The notes: generated by a model not told the origin, from the letters alone. Shown: positions 34,427 to 45,548, numbered from the stretch's first letter. The stretch is DNA of 57,991 bases from Stramenopiles sp. TOSAG23-2 (GCA_900128395.1 LT649255.1:1-57991), one strand, 5' to 3'. A program made the numbers and translations.

Positions 34427-36454
34427 TCACCCATTAATATTTCCAACATTACCACCATCCCATTCAATTTCACAATTTTTAAATTTAGTACGTATTACTT
34501 CGTCAATTCTATTTTTACCCATGCCACCACTACTACTTCCACTATTTAACCCCACAATATCAACGCGTTTATACACTGTACATTTTGTCAAGACAACTCC
34601 ACGTTCTACACCTTTGACTAAACCAGTCAAGCCATTATAATGAAATAAAGAAAAGCCATTAAAATCGGATATATCTTCATCCTCTTCATTGTCATTATCA
34701 TTTGTTTTAGATGACGATGACGAAAACGTTGAACCATCATCATCATTATTTGGTTTCATTCGTTTTAAATCTGGTTCTGTTACAGCAGTAGAATCATTTG
34801 TTGTAAGATCCACTGTGGAATTGTTTGTCACCACTGATTGTTGTGGTGATGGTGCTGGTTTTGCCGTTCCACACATGGAACATACTGTTATTAATGAAGT
34901 TTCATTAATAAACGTACAAATAGGACATGCCCATTCACCAGTTGTAGTTGCCATGGTAGCACCACCACCGCTATTATTATTACTATTACTGTTATTATTA
35001 TTAGCATTACTCATGCTACTGTATCGTTCTACAATATCAACACCTTCCACCATTAAATTTACTAATTTATTTTCCATATCATTCCATAATATAATACCAT
35101 TGCCCATTATATCTAATTCTTTGGTTAAAACATCTATAGAAGCTTGAATTTTATCATCGCTGTTACCTTGTAATAAATTTAATTCTTGTAAAATTTGTTG
35201 CAATTGTAATGTTTGTACAAATCCACCGCCACTCTCATCAAATTTATTAAATACACGTTTTAATAATTTACTATGTTTTTCTTGTGGTGAATCTTGACCA
35301 ACTTTACTATTGGTTGCAAATAAAACAGTGAAATGCGAATCAGATCCAACAACCCATATAGGAACTCCCGGAGTTTTATAAAATTCACCAACAGTACAAT
35401 ACCGTAATGCCTCTAAATATGTTAAATATCCTATTCGTGGAGTATTTTGTACACCATTTAATGATAAGCCAGTATCTCCCATTGGAATATTACCATCATG
35501 TACTTGGGATGTTGCATATCCACAAATTAATAAATTTAACAATTCTTGTGAACAATGGCCATGTTCCAACGTCAATCGTTGTGTTGGATCGTCCATATCA
35601 TCTTTTATAGTTTGTACACCTCTTGACGCTATTATGGAATATAGAAATAACAAAATTCCTCCTTTCTTTTGATAATCAGTAATATTTTTAAATATACATG
35701 CAGATATTTCATCTATTGTCTTAAAATTTGTATTGATGAGTAAATTATTTTCATCATATTCTGATAATAATGACGAGGAGGAAGACGATGATTTCTTCCC
35801 TTCGTCAGTATCCTCATTTTTTTTCAATGTAACTACAATTATCGAAGAACTGTCGTTGTTGTTGTTGTTGTTATTATTATCATTATTATCAACACGACGT
35901 GTTTGATATAAAATTTTAGCTAATGCAATACTTAATACATGTTGAGATATATGTTGAATTTCATTTTCATCTGTTAAAATGGATGTTAATGGGGCTACTT
36001 TTTTATCAATGAATGGTGTTTTATTCTTTCTGCTTTGTTCTTTATCAAACAATAGTGTTTCGATAATAAATGCTTGGACAGCAGCAAATACACCACATGG
36101 ACCGCCTTGACTTTGATTTAATCCAAATGTTAGTGTATTTGAAAAATTAAATGATTCATTTTCCCATCTTTCAATATCACTTTTTGATAAGTTTTGAAAT
36201 AATAATAAACGTTTTGCTTGTGCTAAAAAATTCATGGCGATTGGTTTTGTAATTATATCATTACCATTTCTTTTACCTTCATCAATCTGGACGTTGTTGT
36301 TGTTGTTGTTGTTATTATTATTATCGTTCTTACCTTCATCTTCCATATTATGATTCATTTTAGAACCGAAACTCGCTGCAATTTCAATAGCTAATTGTTC
36401 CTCTGGTGATATTTCACGTTCTTCATTTTTACTACTACTACTACTATTACTCAT
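34427..36454 (-). CDS. MINDY3: MINDY-3-type deubiquitinase with EF-hand and NZF zinc finger
   Basis: Catalytic GLNQSQGGPCGVFAAVQA, GHCSQELLNLLICG, PIWVVGSDSHFTVLF, EF-hand FDESGGGFV, NZF WACPICTFIN..CSMC, FHYNGL. Confidence 0.88.
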   Translation of the reverse strand: MSNSSSSSKNEEREISPEEQLAIEIAASFGSKMNHNMEDEGKNDNNNNNNNNNNVQIDEGKRNGNDIITKPIAMNFLAQAKRLLLFQNLSKSDIERWENESFNFSNTLTFGLNQSQGGPCGVFAAVQAFIIETLLFDKEQSRKNKTPFIDKKVAPLTSILTDENEIQHISQHVLSIALAKILYQTRRVDNNDNNNNNNNNDSSSIIVVTLKKNEDTDEGKKSSSSSSSLLSEYDENNLLINTNFKTIDEISACIFKNITDYQKKGGILLFLYSIIASRGVQTIKDDMDDPTQRLTLEHGHCSQELLNLLICGYATSQVHDGNIPMGDTGLSLNGVQNTPRIGYLTYLEALRYCTVGEFYKTPGVPIWVVGSDSHFTVLFATNSKVGQDSPQEKHSKLLKRVFNKFDESGGGFVQTLQLQQILQELNLLQGNSDDKIQASIDVLTKELDIMGNGIILWNDMENKLVNLMVEGVDIVERYSSMSNANNNNSNSNNNSGGGATMATTTGEWACPICTFINETSLITVCSMCGTAKPAPSPQQSVVTNNSTVDLTTNDSTAVTEPDLKRMKPNNDDDGSTFSSSSSKTNDNDNEEDEDISDFNGFSLFHYNGLTGLVKGVERGVVLTKCTVYKRVDIVGLNSGSSSGGMGKNRIDEVIRTKFKNCEIEWDGGNVGNING

Positions 36455-36971
36455 ATTTCAGAAATAAGAATGTAATACAAAGCTTAACAAGATAGAAAAT
36501 AATAAATATATCTTATATAAATATACAAAGAAAGGAATATATGTATATATATATATCTCATATGTATCTAGACACCTTTTTCGCGTTTCATCAATATATT
36601 TAATATTTATTATTAATTCAAAACAACTACTTCTAGACGACTTGTTTTGTTAATAATAATAAGTGACTTTGTTAAAAAAACTAAAAAATATTAATATCTT
36701 CCTATCAAATAACCACATAAATAGTATACTACGGATTATACTAATAGTGTAAAATATGTTTGAAAGTTGGAAAGTTGAAAAGTGTTTGTTTTATATAAAG
36801 AATAAAGATACTACATACAGCGTCAGACAGAAGAAACAAAAATCCAAAAATACGAGATACAATAGCAATGTAAGAATAGATAATAACGATCAAAAAAAAG
36901 ATTCAACGTATTCTTAACTATAGAATTAAAAAAACGATATCATAAATTGCTTATATATATATAAAATAATA

Positions 36972-37745
36972 ATGTCATCACAAAAACAATTAGCTTTAAT
37001 TATTGGTGGTGGACCAGGTGTATCGTCTGCTTGTTGTAAAGAATTTGCAAATGCTGGTTTTGATGTTGCCGTTGCAGCAAGGACACCAGATAAAAATGTA
37101 TTAAAATGGTTGCAAAGTGAGGTACCAGCATTGAAACGTTATAAATGCGATGCTGGAGTGGAAAAAGATGTTGAAAATTTATTTCAATCTATACATAATG
37201 ATTTTGGACGAAGAGCTGATGTTGTCATTCATAATATTGATGGTAGGACGGGGGATATCTTTCGCAAAAAAATTAATGAAGCTGATGCAGAATTAGTGAA
37301 AAAAACATTGATGAACAGTGTTTTCTCTGCATTTCTTGTAGGTAAAGCAAGTGCAAAATTTATGCTTGACACTGATTCAGCTGCTATTAATAGCGATTTT
37401 CATCGTGGAACAATTATATTTACAAATGCATCTGCAGCATATAAGGGATTCCCTCTTTCTGGAGCATTTGCAGCATCTTGTGCTGGCAAACGTGGACTCG
37501 CCGAATCAATGGCAAGAGAACTCGGTCCTAAAGGTATCCACGTTGCCCATGTACCTATTGATGGAGCCATCGGATGGACTCAACGTGATGGGACGACAAG
37601 AAAACATATGCGTGCTGGAACAGCAAAAAATGAAAATATGATAGATCCTGAACATGTAGCAATTTTATATCGACAATTACATGAACAGCATCCATCTACC
37701 TGGACCTTTGAATCAGTTGTAAGACCTTGGGTGGAGAAATGGTGA
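36972..37745 (+). CDS. Short-chain dehydrogenase/reductase (bacterial-like, atypical active site)
   Basis: Rossmann motif IIGGGPGVS, TIIFTNASA, SMARELGPKGIHVAHVPIDG, C-terminal STWTFE..RP..EKW. Confidence 0.9.
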   Translation: MSSQKQLALIIGGGPGVSSACCKEFANAGFDVAVAARTPDKNVLKWLQSEVPALKRYKCDAGVEKDVENLFQSIHNDFGRRADVVIHNIDGRTGDIFRKKINEADAELVKKTLMNSVFSAFLVGKASAKFMLDTDSAAINSDFHRGTIIFTNASAAYKGFPLSGAFAASCAGKRGLAESMARELGPKGIHVAHVPIDGAIGWTQRDGTTRKHMRAGTAKNENMIDPEHVAILYRQLHEQHPSTWTFESVVRPWVEKW

Positions 37746-38042
37746 TAGAGTATATACCACATGGTTTACGAATAAAATGTGGTGTGGTGTGTGTGTGTGT
37801 GTGTGTAATAACTCAAAATATGTTTTGTGCGTGGAGATCGTGCTCCCCCTTTTTTAATTTTAAAAAAAATATATTATGTAAATGTATTACTGTTTTTAAA
37901 CCACCTTCTTAGCATACACAGAAAACACAGACATCGAGTAGAGAGTAAATAATTACCCCAGAGATTTTACGAATTCGTTTATAAAACCTTTTATTTTTCA
38001 CAAACCAAACAGTGACGCAAACAAAAAAAGTGTGTCAGTGTG

Positions 38043-38903
38043 TTATTTACTCATCCACCATGCATTTGTTTTCCAAGGTCTTAAATCCAAGTCTTGTGTC
38101 CATGTCCCTTTTGGTTGCATATGCAAATGAAAATATGTATCTGCAATACTACTAGGTTCCAAAATATTTTCAGTAGATAAACGATCATCAACAAATTTTT
38201 GAAAACCTTCTTGATTACCTCTTGCCATTAATTTAAATGCCGTCTCAGGTGCACGTACTAAACCATCTAAATTGACATGTACAATATGAATGCCTTGTGG
38301 ATTTAATTCTGCCGATAAACTTTGACACAAATTTCTTCGCCCGCCCATGGCTGCTGTATGCGCATGTTGTCCAGGATTACCACGATATGCACTTGTTGAG
38401 GAGGTATAAACAATAGTACCACCACCGCGTTGAATCATATATGGCGCTGCTTCTTTTGCAATTGCAAATGCACCTAAACTTCCCATCCTCCAAGCTAATT
38501 CAAAGATACGATAGGATGTTTTTTCAAGTGTACGATTTCCCACTTGCGCACCAATATTATAATTAATAAATGCTATTGGGCCTATTTCACCTTCGATTTT
38601 TTTCACTAATGCTACGGTTTCTTCCACTTTTGTACCATCGGCGAATAAAGCAGTAGCTTCACCACCACGATCTTTAATTTCTTGTGCGAATTTCATTAAC
38701 TTGTTTTGTGAGTCATCTGCATCTGTTAATAAACGATTTGGACCTTTACCGCGACGTACTACAACAACATGGTATCCTTCACTACCAAATTTAACTGCAA
38801 CTGCTTGGCCTGTACCTGCTCCAGCACCAATTATCAATGCAACTGGTGTGCGTTTATCTTCACCAGAAGTAGTTGGATTATGCTTTAAAAATGTACGACT
38901 CAT
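38043..38903 (-). CDS. Short-chain dehydrogenase/reductase (bacterial-like, atypical active site)
   Basis: IIGAGAGTG, YNIGA, TIVYTSSTSAYRG, AAMGGRRNLCQSLSAELNPQGIHIVHVNLDG, WTQDLDLRP. Confidence 0.9.
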   Translation of the reverse strand: MSRTFLKHNPTTSGEDKRTPVALIIGAGAGTGQAVAVKFGSEGYHVVVVRRGKGPNRLLTDADDSQNKLMKFAQEIKDRGGEATALFADGTKVEETVALVKKIEGEIGPIAFINYNIGAQVGNRTLEKTSYRIFELAWRMGSLGAFAIAKEAAPYMIQRGGGTIVYTSSTSAYRGNPGQHAHTAAMGGRRNLCQSLSAELNPQGIHIVHVNLDGLVRAPETAFKLMARGNQEGFQKFVDDRLSTENILEPSSIADTYFHLHMQPKGTWTQDLDLRPWKTNAWWMSK

Positions 38904-39464
38904 ATTTTTGTAGTATATATATTTATTTTGTTCTTTTTGATGATTATCTCCAGCTATCTCCCTCTCTCTCTCTATTGAATCTATGCATTATAATACATGG
39001 AAAAAGATATTATTTTTACTGATAGTGCATTTTACCTGGTACCAGGATTAGGTTAAGGTACGACAGACGACAATTTATAATTTTACCTTGTACTTACTAG
39101 TATAATAAAGTGTAGCCTTAATAATAGGGCATTTAGCATCCACCACGTCACACGTCTCAGCACGTTTTTTACAACTTTATAACCACAGCCTTTTTTTTTT
39201 TCTAATAATTGTACTTTTAACTTTTTATTACTAATAACAACCTTTATTATTATATTAATATACTTATCTTGATAAATAAATAAGAAAGTATATTAAAATA
39301 TATTAGATTTTTTACAAAACAATTTACATATAAGAAAGAAATAATAATTCCCTATTTATAATAAAGTAAAATATGCAATATCATATAGAAAAAACTATTA
39401 GGTAATACATATAGAAACATATGATATAAATATAGCACAATATTCTAATATATATTATAATAAA

Positions 39465-40427
39465 ATGACCATCAATATAGTATGCTATTTTTTGTTCATA
39501 TTCTTAGTAACATTTCCATCTATCGCAGCAACAAGTGTAACAATCACATCTATAGTACCAAATACACTTAAAGTAGGTCAAACACAACCATGGATTGTAT
39601 ATACGTTAGTTACAAGTGGTGTTGGTGCAATATCAGAAGCAGCTGGGCACAACAGTGTAATTATTACACCAACTGGTGGCGCTGGTAAGATTTACACTGC
39701 ATCTCAAACAGTCACATGTACTATGGATGGTGCTACAATAACGGGTACATGTATTCCAACATGTGCAACTGATACTAATTCTGTATTGACAGTAACATTA
39801 GCTGGCACTGATTGTGCCGTAGGTAATAGTTCATCGTTTACAATTACAACAAAAGATAATATAGTAGCTAATGCAGAAGGTGGTACCCGAGCGTTAAGTA
39901 TTAAAACATCAATTGATACTGTTAGTGCATCTGGAATAATAGAGATACCAGAATGTGAACGTGGATTTTTTTATGATGAAACATTTACTTGCGTGCACGA
40001 AAGCACCAGTACAGATAATTTTGACAATAGATATGCAGTTACGAACGGTGAAAGTTGGTATGACGTGGACTTATTAAAATATTATAACGCATGGGATGAA
40101 GATAAATATAAAGATAACTCACCAAACGTGGTGCAAGATATAGCAGGTGTACAAGCCTCATTTGAACAACAAATTAAAAATATTGAAAATAGCTATTTAG
40201 ATAATACACCAGATAGTCGATTTGTACAAATTAATCATGAATATGATGGAATAGAAATGGATATCTTAGGTAATTATGATGATACTATGACAGAAGCAGA
40301 AAAACATGCAGAATTAGAACGTCTGAAAGCATTATATAAACAAGATCTTGTCGAAGATACGGCATTTAGGACAAATGGAAAAATTTATAATTACGAAGCA
40401 AGTTATGTTGAATATGAGAGGTTGTAA
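39465..40427 (+). CDS. Secreted protein with a Thr-rich beta (IPT/Ig-like?) N-domain and an acidic C-domain
   Basis: Signal peptide MTINIVCYFLFIFLVTFPSIAA. VTITSIVPN start, Thr/Cys-rich segment, then a Asp/Glu/Tyr-rich tail. Confidence 0.7.
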   Translation: MTINIVCYFLFIFLVTFPSIAATSVTITSIVPNTLKVGQTQPWIVYTLVTSGVGAISEAAGHNSVIITPTGGAGKIYTASQTVTCTMDGATITGTCIPTCATDTNSVLTVTLAGTDCAVGNSSSFTITTKDNIVANAEGGTRALSIKTSIDTVSASGIIEIPECERGFFYDETFTCVHESTSTDNFDNRYAVTNGESWYDVDLLKYYNAWDEDKYKDNSPNVVQDIAGVQASFEQQIKNIENSYLDNTPDSRFVQINHEYDGIEMDILGNYDDTMTEAEKHAELERLKALYKQDLVEDTAFRTNGKIYNYEASYVEYERL

Positions 40428-41173
40428 AATTTGTTCTCTCTCTTTACCTGATTTTAAAAATAATCTCTTAAGTTAAAAATGTTTTGTCATTAATCACCAT
40501 ATCTCATTTTTATAACCACATCATTTAAATTCCAAATTTTAAAAGAAGAGCCTAAAAACTTTTTTGTTTTTATTAAAAACACCATTTACAATAAAATTAT
40601 GTACACACGAGTAAGGAGTAAAAGAAAATATTACGCGCTTTGGTTAACAGAATATTAATTTTGTTATCATTTTAATATTTAAAGAAGGTAAAACCAAAAC
40701 AAACATGATATTCTTCCACACACGCTAATGATACATTATATATATATATATGACTAATTTGTTCCTTTTTCCACATTTTGTCAAAGTACAAACACAAAAC
40801 GGCGGCCATCTTATCAGCAGAATTAATACACACAGTTATGACTATAATATAAAATATAGACACGTCGTCCATCACGGTATGTATTATATAGCATTACACA
40901 GCATTGTATACAGTAATTATAATTAGATCCGGGCAAGCTGGCAAGCTGGCAAGCCCGGCAAGCCGGGCAAGCAAGCAGCAGTTAGAACAAAAGTAGAGCT
41001 ACTAATAATAGCGCAATATGATTGGCAAAAAATGCAGTTGCAAAATAATGTACACATGCAACCACATGTACACATATTATTTATCATACATTTATATAAT
41101 TTCAAAATGTATCGCAACTCTGCTATCATAAAATATTAGAAATATATATGGCATGTATATTTACAAATGATAA

Positions 41174-41617
41174 AAACGAAAAGCAATACGACAAATTTAC
41201 GTTACCAGTAATGTCGCCCAAGGTGGCTTTGGAAAAAATTGGGATAAGGAACCAAAACGTATAGTAATAGCTAAACCACGTTCAGCATGTGATGAAAAAG
41301 GTTTTTCAGTTAATGTCCAAAATAGTATTGTTATTGTAGAAAGGGGTGAATGTTCCTTTGTCGATAAAGCTCGATTGATACAAAAAGTAGGTGGGATAGG
41401 GATGGTATGTGTAAATTCTGGGCCAAGACCACGATTATTAATGATGCCAGCTGGCCCGGATGGGGCAACGGATGTTACAATAAGTACAATGATGATACCA
41501 TTTGGAAGTTTTGATGAAATTGAACAATTTATCGATAGTGCATTGGGTACACCTGGTAAAAAGAAAGCATTAATTGCAAGAGCACAAGTGAAACCGATGC
41601 CTAAGAACGGACAGTAG
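41174..41617 (+). CDS. Protease-associated (PA) domain protein, 5' part unresolved
   Basis: The frame of ORF 41375..41617 is open from 41174 and reads GFG..IVIAKPRSACD..NSIVIVERGECSFVDKARLIQKVGGIGMVCVN, a typical PA-domain signature. There is no in-frame ATG upstream (missing exon or frameshift). Confidence 0.7.
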   Translation, partial: KRKAIRQIYVTSNVAQGGFGKNWDKEPKRIVIAKPRSACDEKGFSVNVQNSIVIVERGECSFVDKARLIQKVGGIGMVCVNSGPRPRLLMMPAGPDGATDVTISTMMIPFGSFDEIEQFIDSALGTPGKKKALIARAQVKPMPKNGQ

Positions 41618-41959
41618 TAAAAAAATATTTCTAAAATATACGTTCGTATAATTATATATATATATATTTTAATAAATTAATTTTTAATTTACGCACCATT
41701 TTAATTTTAATTTTTTTAATTGTTTCTCTAATATATCAAATTTACTTTTATATATCCCTAACACGCGCTATATGCATATTTATTATGCATATAATAGCAC
41801 GTCAGATCGCTTTTTATATGAGGTGTCGCAGATTTAAAAAGGAGTGAAGTAAGACGTATATTAGAGGATAGATGTACGAAGTATAATATACCACGAGTTG
41901 GGTACAACAGCAAATATACAAAAATCAATTTTTTAAAACAACAGACAAAAACAATTTTT

Positions 41960-44119
41960 TCACTCCTCTTTCCAACAATTTTTTTGCACTGCCTTCAAAG
42001 CAGCCATGTCAATCCCTCCTTCATTTATTTCGCAAGGAAGTCCAAGTATATTACTTAAGTCTTGAAACACACTGTTATCACGGGCAGAAACATCTAACGT
42101 AAGACCTTGCTCGTCTTCCCCGAGCGGCTGCATTCCAGATAAAAATTTGTCAAATTGCATCCGCTTAAAATTGTCATAGCTGTACTCACCGTACATTTCT
42201 TGAAAGCATTCGCCTTCGAACTTCCCAACCATTGCCTCTGAACTGCTCCACCATTCATTAATGGTTTTGTTTACATGAGGCATTTTCAGGTATTCCTCCA
42301 CTCTTGCCAAAGCTCCTTTAACAATCACATCTACGTTGCAGTCAAGATGCAGGAATTGTAGAGATACTTCTGTACAAAGATGATCTCGTATAAAATCTCG
42401 AACTTGTCGATTGTACACAGCAAACGAAATGACTACTTTATCATGCTCTTTTGAAGCAGCCAAGCATCTGTTAACAAGTCTTAAATGGAATGGATGCCAT
42501 AGCTCGTTTGGGGCTGATTTTCCTTTAAACCAAAAATCATTGAACGCCTTACCGACCCCATCTACAGCCTCTTTCACCTCTGGAACATCTAGTTTCCGAA
42601 AATCATCATCACCGTCTAGATGGTACCATCCGTGATATTTGCTGAGGTAGTCGCCAGCAGTCGTTTTACCAACACCAGACCAAGCCGTAATCCAAACAAT
42701 TTGTTTTTTTTCATTATGAGTTTTATGATTGTTCTTGTTGGTCTCGTCGTTCGTTTCCTTGACAAGTAAGCTAAATAGTGTTTTAGTGCGCTGAAAAACG
42801 GAAGTAATCATCAATGGGTTGATTGGACCCATCAGCGATGCTGCTAAACGAAGTACGCCTTTATTCTTTTCACTATGTGTTAATATACTGACTCCATCGT
42901 GTCCTTCAAAACGTTGTGTATGATAAATAGAAATTTTTTCATCTATGTTATATATGCCAAAATTGGATAGTTCAAAAGTTGCATGATCTTTATCCCCTTC
43001 GTGAAAATTTCCCTTACTTAAAATTAGAGAATTAGCTACCGCTTCTCCTCGTTTAATGCGATTTTGTAAATCCAAAGTGGTAGAATTACACTTTTCTAAT
43101 AAGATATCAGTGACATTGTGGTCATTCAATAGTTTCATTGTATTTCCAACAATGACATTACCAAAACATTGCGATACATGTTTGTCGTTCTCCACGTCAC
43201 TCCCTAAAGATTTTCTTAAATTTACCAATATACTAGTAGTAATGTTGCAGCTTAAACCGCCGTTTTTATTAGATGAGTTCGACAAGCATCGAGACTTTAG
43301 GTAAATTTCACTAAACGCCTGTTGAATGCACGTAATTAAAAGACCTGTTAATGTACCACATTGTTTTGTACGAAGCAGCTTTAATACCTTTTCTACTATT
43401 TTTGCTTCAATATCAATTCTAATATCACATACTTCATAAGCTAAGCCATTTTCATTTTCGTGTTGAGCTATTTTTTGTCCTTCATTGGATTCATTGAAAC
43501 AAGTTTGTATCGCTTTCATTGTGACTATCTTATCAGAAGCTTTAAAACTTGGTAGGAATGTTGGTGATGCAATATTTGGGATATGAATGGCATCTTTTAG
43601 CAACTGACCCCATTCATAGCATATCTTTGATGGAGTAAATAACTTGACGGCATTTTCCCCTTCAGTTTTCTTATTTAGGAGTGATACAAAGTTTTCTACT
43701 ACACAAATAATACTCTTTCCATCCCAGAGGCAATGGTTACCATTGAAGCATACTCCACGACAATTCCCTGTTGTGAAACCTGGTTCTAGTATCATCACTG
43801 CGTCAATAGTATTTTGGGAGAATGCATCTGATATACCAAGTAATTTTTGAAAGACTTCTGGCATATTTATATCTACGGGATAACTATTTACGTGGGTAAT
43901 GTCTGTATTATTATCATTACGCAAAGATAGTATGTGCGCTGTGTCAGTATCCATTCCCAATATTTCTGTATACCCACAAATATTAGTCTTTAAACACATC
44001 TTGATCGCTTTTTCAACATCACTTGCATTGATTGGTGTATCGAAAGCAACACATACACCCGCAGTAATTTTTGCACCAGCAAATATTGACTCTAAGGCAT
44101 TGCAATTCCTTTGCTTCAT
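41960..44119 (-). CDS. Condensation/CoA-dependent acyltransferase-like domain fused to a gluconokinase-like P-loop kinase
   Basis: N-part: NHCLWDGKS (HxxxDG), VNLRKSL, FELSNFG. C-part: WITAWSGVGKTT..WYHLDGDD..VISFAVYNRQVRDFIR..FLHLDC. Confidence 0.75.
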   Translation of the reverse strand: MKQRNCNALESIFAGAKITAGVCVAFDTPINASDVEKAIKMCLKTNICGYTEILGMDTDTAHILSLRNDNNTDITHVNSYPVDINMPEVFQKLLGISDAFSQNTIDAVMILEPGFTTGNCRGVCFNGNHCLWDGKSIICVVENFVSLLNKKTEGENAVKLFTPSKICYEWGQLLKDAIHIPNIASPTFLPSFKASDKIVTMKAIQTCFNESNEGQKIAQHENENGLAYEVCDIRIDIEAKIVEKVLKLLRTKQCGTLTGLLITCIQQAFSEIYLKSRCLSNSSNKNGGLSCNITTSILVNLRKSLGSDVENDKHVSQCFGNVIVGNTMKLLNDHNVTDILLEKCNSTTLDLQNRIKRGEAVANSLILSKGNFHEGDKDHATFELSNFGIYNIDEKISIYHTQRFEGHDGVSILTHSEKNKGVLRLAASLMGPINPLMITSVFQRTKTLFSLLVKETNDETNKNNHKTHNEKKQIVWITAWSGVGKTTAGDYLSKYHGWYHLDGDDDFRKLDVPEVKEAVDGVGKAFNDFWFKGKSAPNELWHPFHLRLVNRCLAASKEHDKVVISFAVYNRQVRDFIRDHLCTEVSLQFLHLDCNVDVIVKGALARVEEYLKMPHVNKTINEWWSSSEAMVGKFEGECFQEMYGEYSYDNFKRMQFDKFLSGMQPLGEDEQGLTLDVSARDNSVFQDLSNILGLPCEINEGGIDMAALKAVQKNCWKEE

Positions 44120-44785
44120 GTTTTAAAATTGGTATATATATATCCACAAATAGAAATGTTTATACGTAGAAGTATTATAAACAAAAAAGGAGGATATATC
44201 GCCTACTAATATACCAGATGTAATAAACTACTTTACATTCCTTCTTCTAGCTACTTCAATATACTTCAATACTTCAATATATATTTGACAATTCCCAGCT
44301 TGTTTCCTTCATGGTTTAAGGATGTTGCCTGATGAAAAAGTTCGATGAGTTCATTTTTGGCGTTGAAGGATTCTGGAAATTTTCCACACACCTTCATAGA
44401 CTTATTTATACTTAATATATATATTCCTATATGTAACTCTACAAGACTCAAAACAGTAGGGCTCTAATGGTGTATCCATATGGGATGGTTTTTAAAAATA
44501 ACCAGGCGTGTGTGCCTGTATTTTTTCAATGCGCAACGGGACTCCTCCTCGTCGTCGAATCCGAAGAAGAAAAAACAACAAAAAAAATAAAAAATTAATA
44601 ATAAAAAAAAGGAGGGCAAAATGACTTACACACAAAAATATATAAAGTTGCACAACGTTGAATCGATGTACACAGATAATAGGAGAAAGAAGAATAGATA
44701 CTTGACAGATATCAGAATTTAGTATATAAACAAAAAGATATTCACATATATACACATATATATAGTAGCAAAAAAAAATCGAAAG

Positions 44786-45355
44786 ATGGATACAAAAAAA
44801 TCAACGATTGTTGTTGTCTTAGTATTCACTGTTGTTATTGGAATGGTAACTGCATTAGATTCTTTAGATTGTAACCGTAAAGTAAAACATAAATTAACAA
44901 GGTGTTTTATTAAAGATAATGCAGGTCCAGATACGTTTGATGCAAAGACTGTAAAGTATATGAAAGCAGTCATGAAAATAGCACATAAGAAAATGAAAGT
45001 AGAATTTCCAAAAGATTATGATGTCAAAGCACAATCATGCAAAGATTTACTTGCCGGGTTTGCAACCGCTTGTCGCTGTAATAAAGAAGAATGTTCTGGA
45101 ATATTTGCACCAGACCGTAAGAAAACTGCTTTTATGAAATGTGGTGCCGGTAAAACACCGAAGGAGACAGCAACTGTTTGGGCATTACCAAAGAAGTGCA
45201 TGGATAATGGTGCTAAAAAAGAAGTCGTTTATGTACCACATTGTACTTGTAAAAAAAAGAAAGGATTGCGAAAATTGATAGGTATGTTTAATATGGAATG
45301 GAAAAAACCATTTCAAATGTGTAAAGGAAGTGATGGTAGATTAATTAGTTGTTAA
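44786..45355 (+). CDS. Secreted Cys/Lys-rich small protein
   Basis: Signal peptide (IVVVLVFTVVIGMVTA) and 12 Cys in 189 aa. No family recognised. Confidence 0.7.
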   Translation: MDTKKSTIVVVLVFTVVIGMVTALDSLDCNRKVKHKLTRCFIKDNAGPDTFDAKTVKYMKAVMKIAHKKMKVEFPKDYDVKAQSCKDLLAGFATACRCNKEECSGIFAPDRKKTAFMKCGAGKTPKETATVWALPKKCMDNGAKKEVVYVPHCTCKKKKGLRKLIGMFNMEWKKPFQMCKGSDGRLISC

Positions 45356-45548
45356 AATCATACGCTTTATATTTACATGTACACATGTACTTAAAATTTT
45401 TTCATTTCCAAAAAAGAGTTTTTTTTAAATAAAAATGAAGAAAGAAGAGTGTGTGGAAAAGTTTGCTTTTCACTGCTGTATTGCCAGCACGTTTTTTTTA
45501 TGATTCGTAAAATACAGCAGTCAATTTTTTTATATACTCTTTGTTGTA

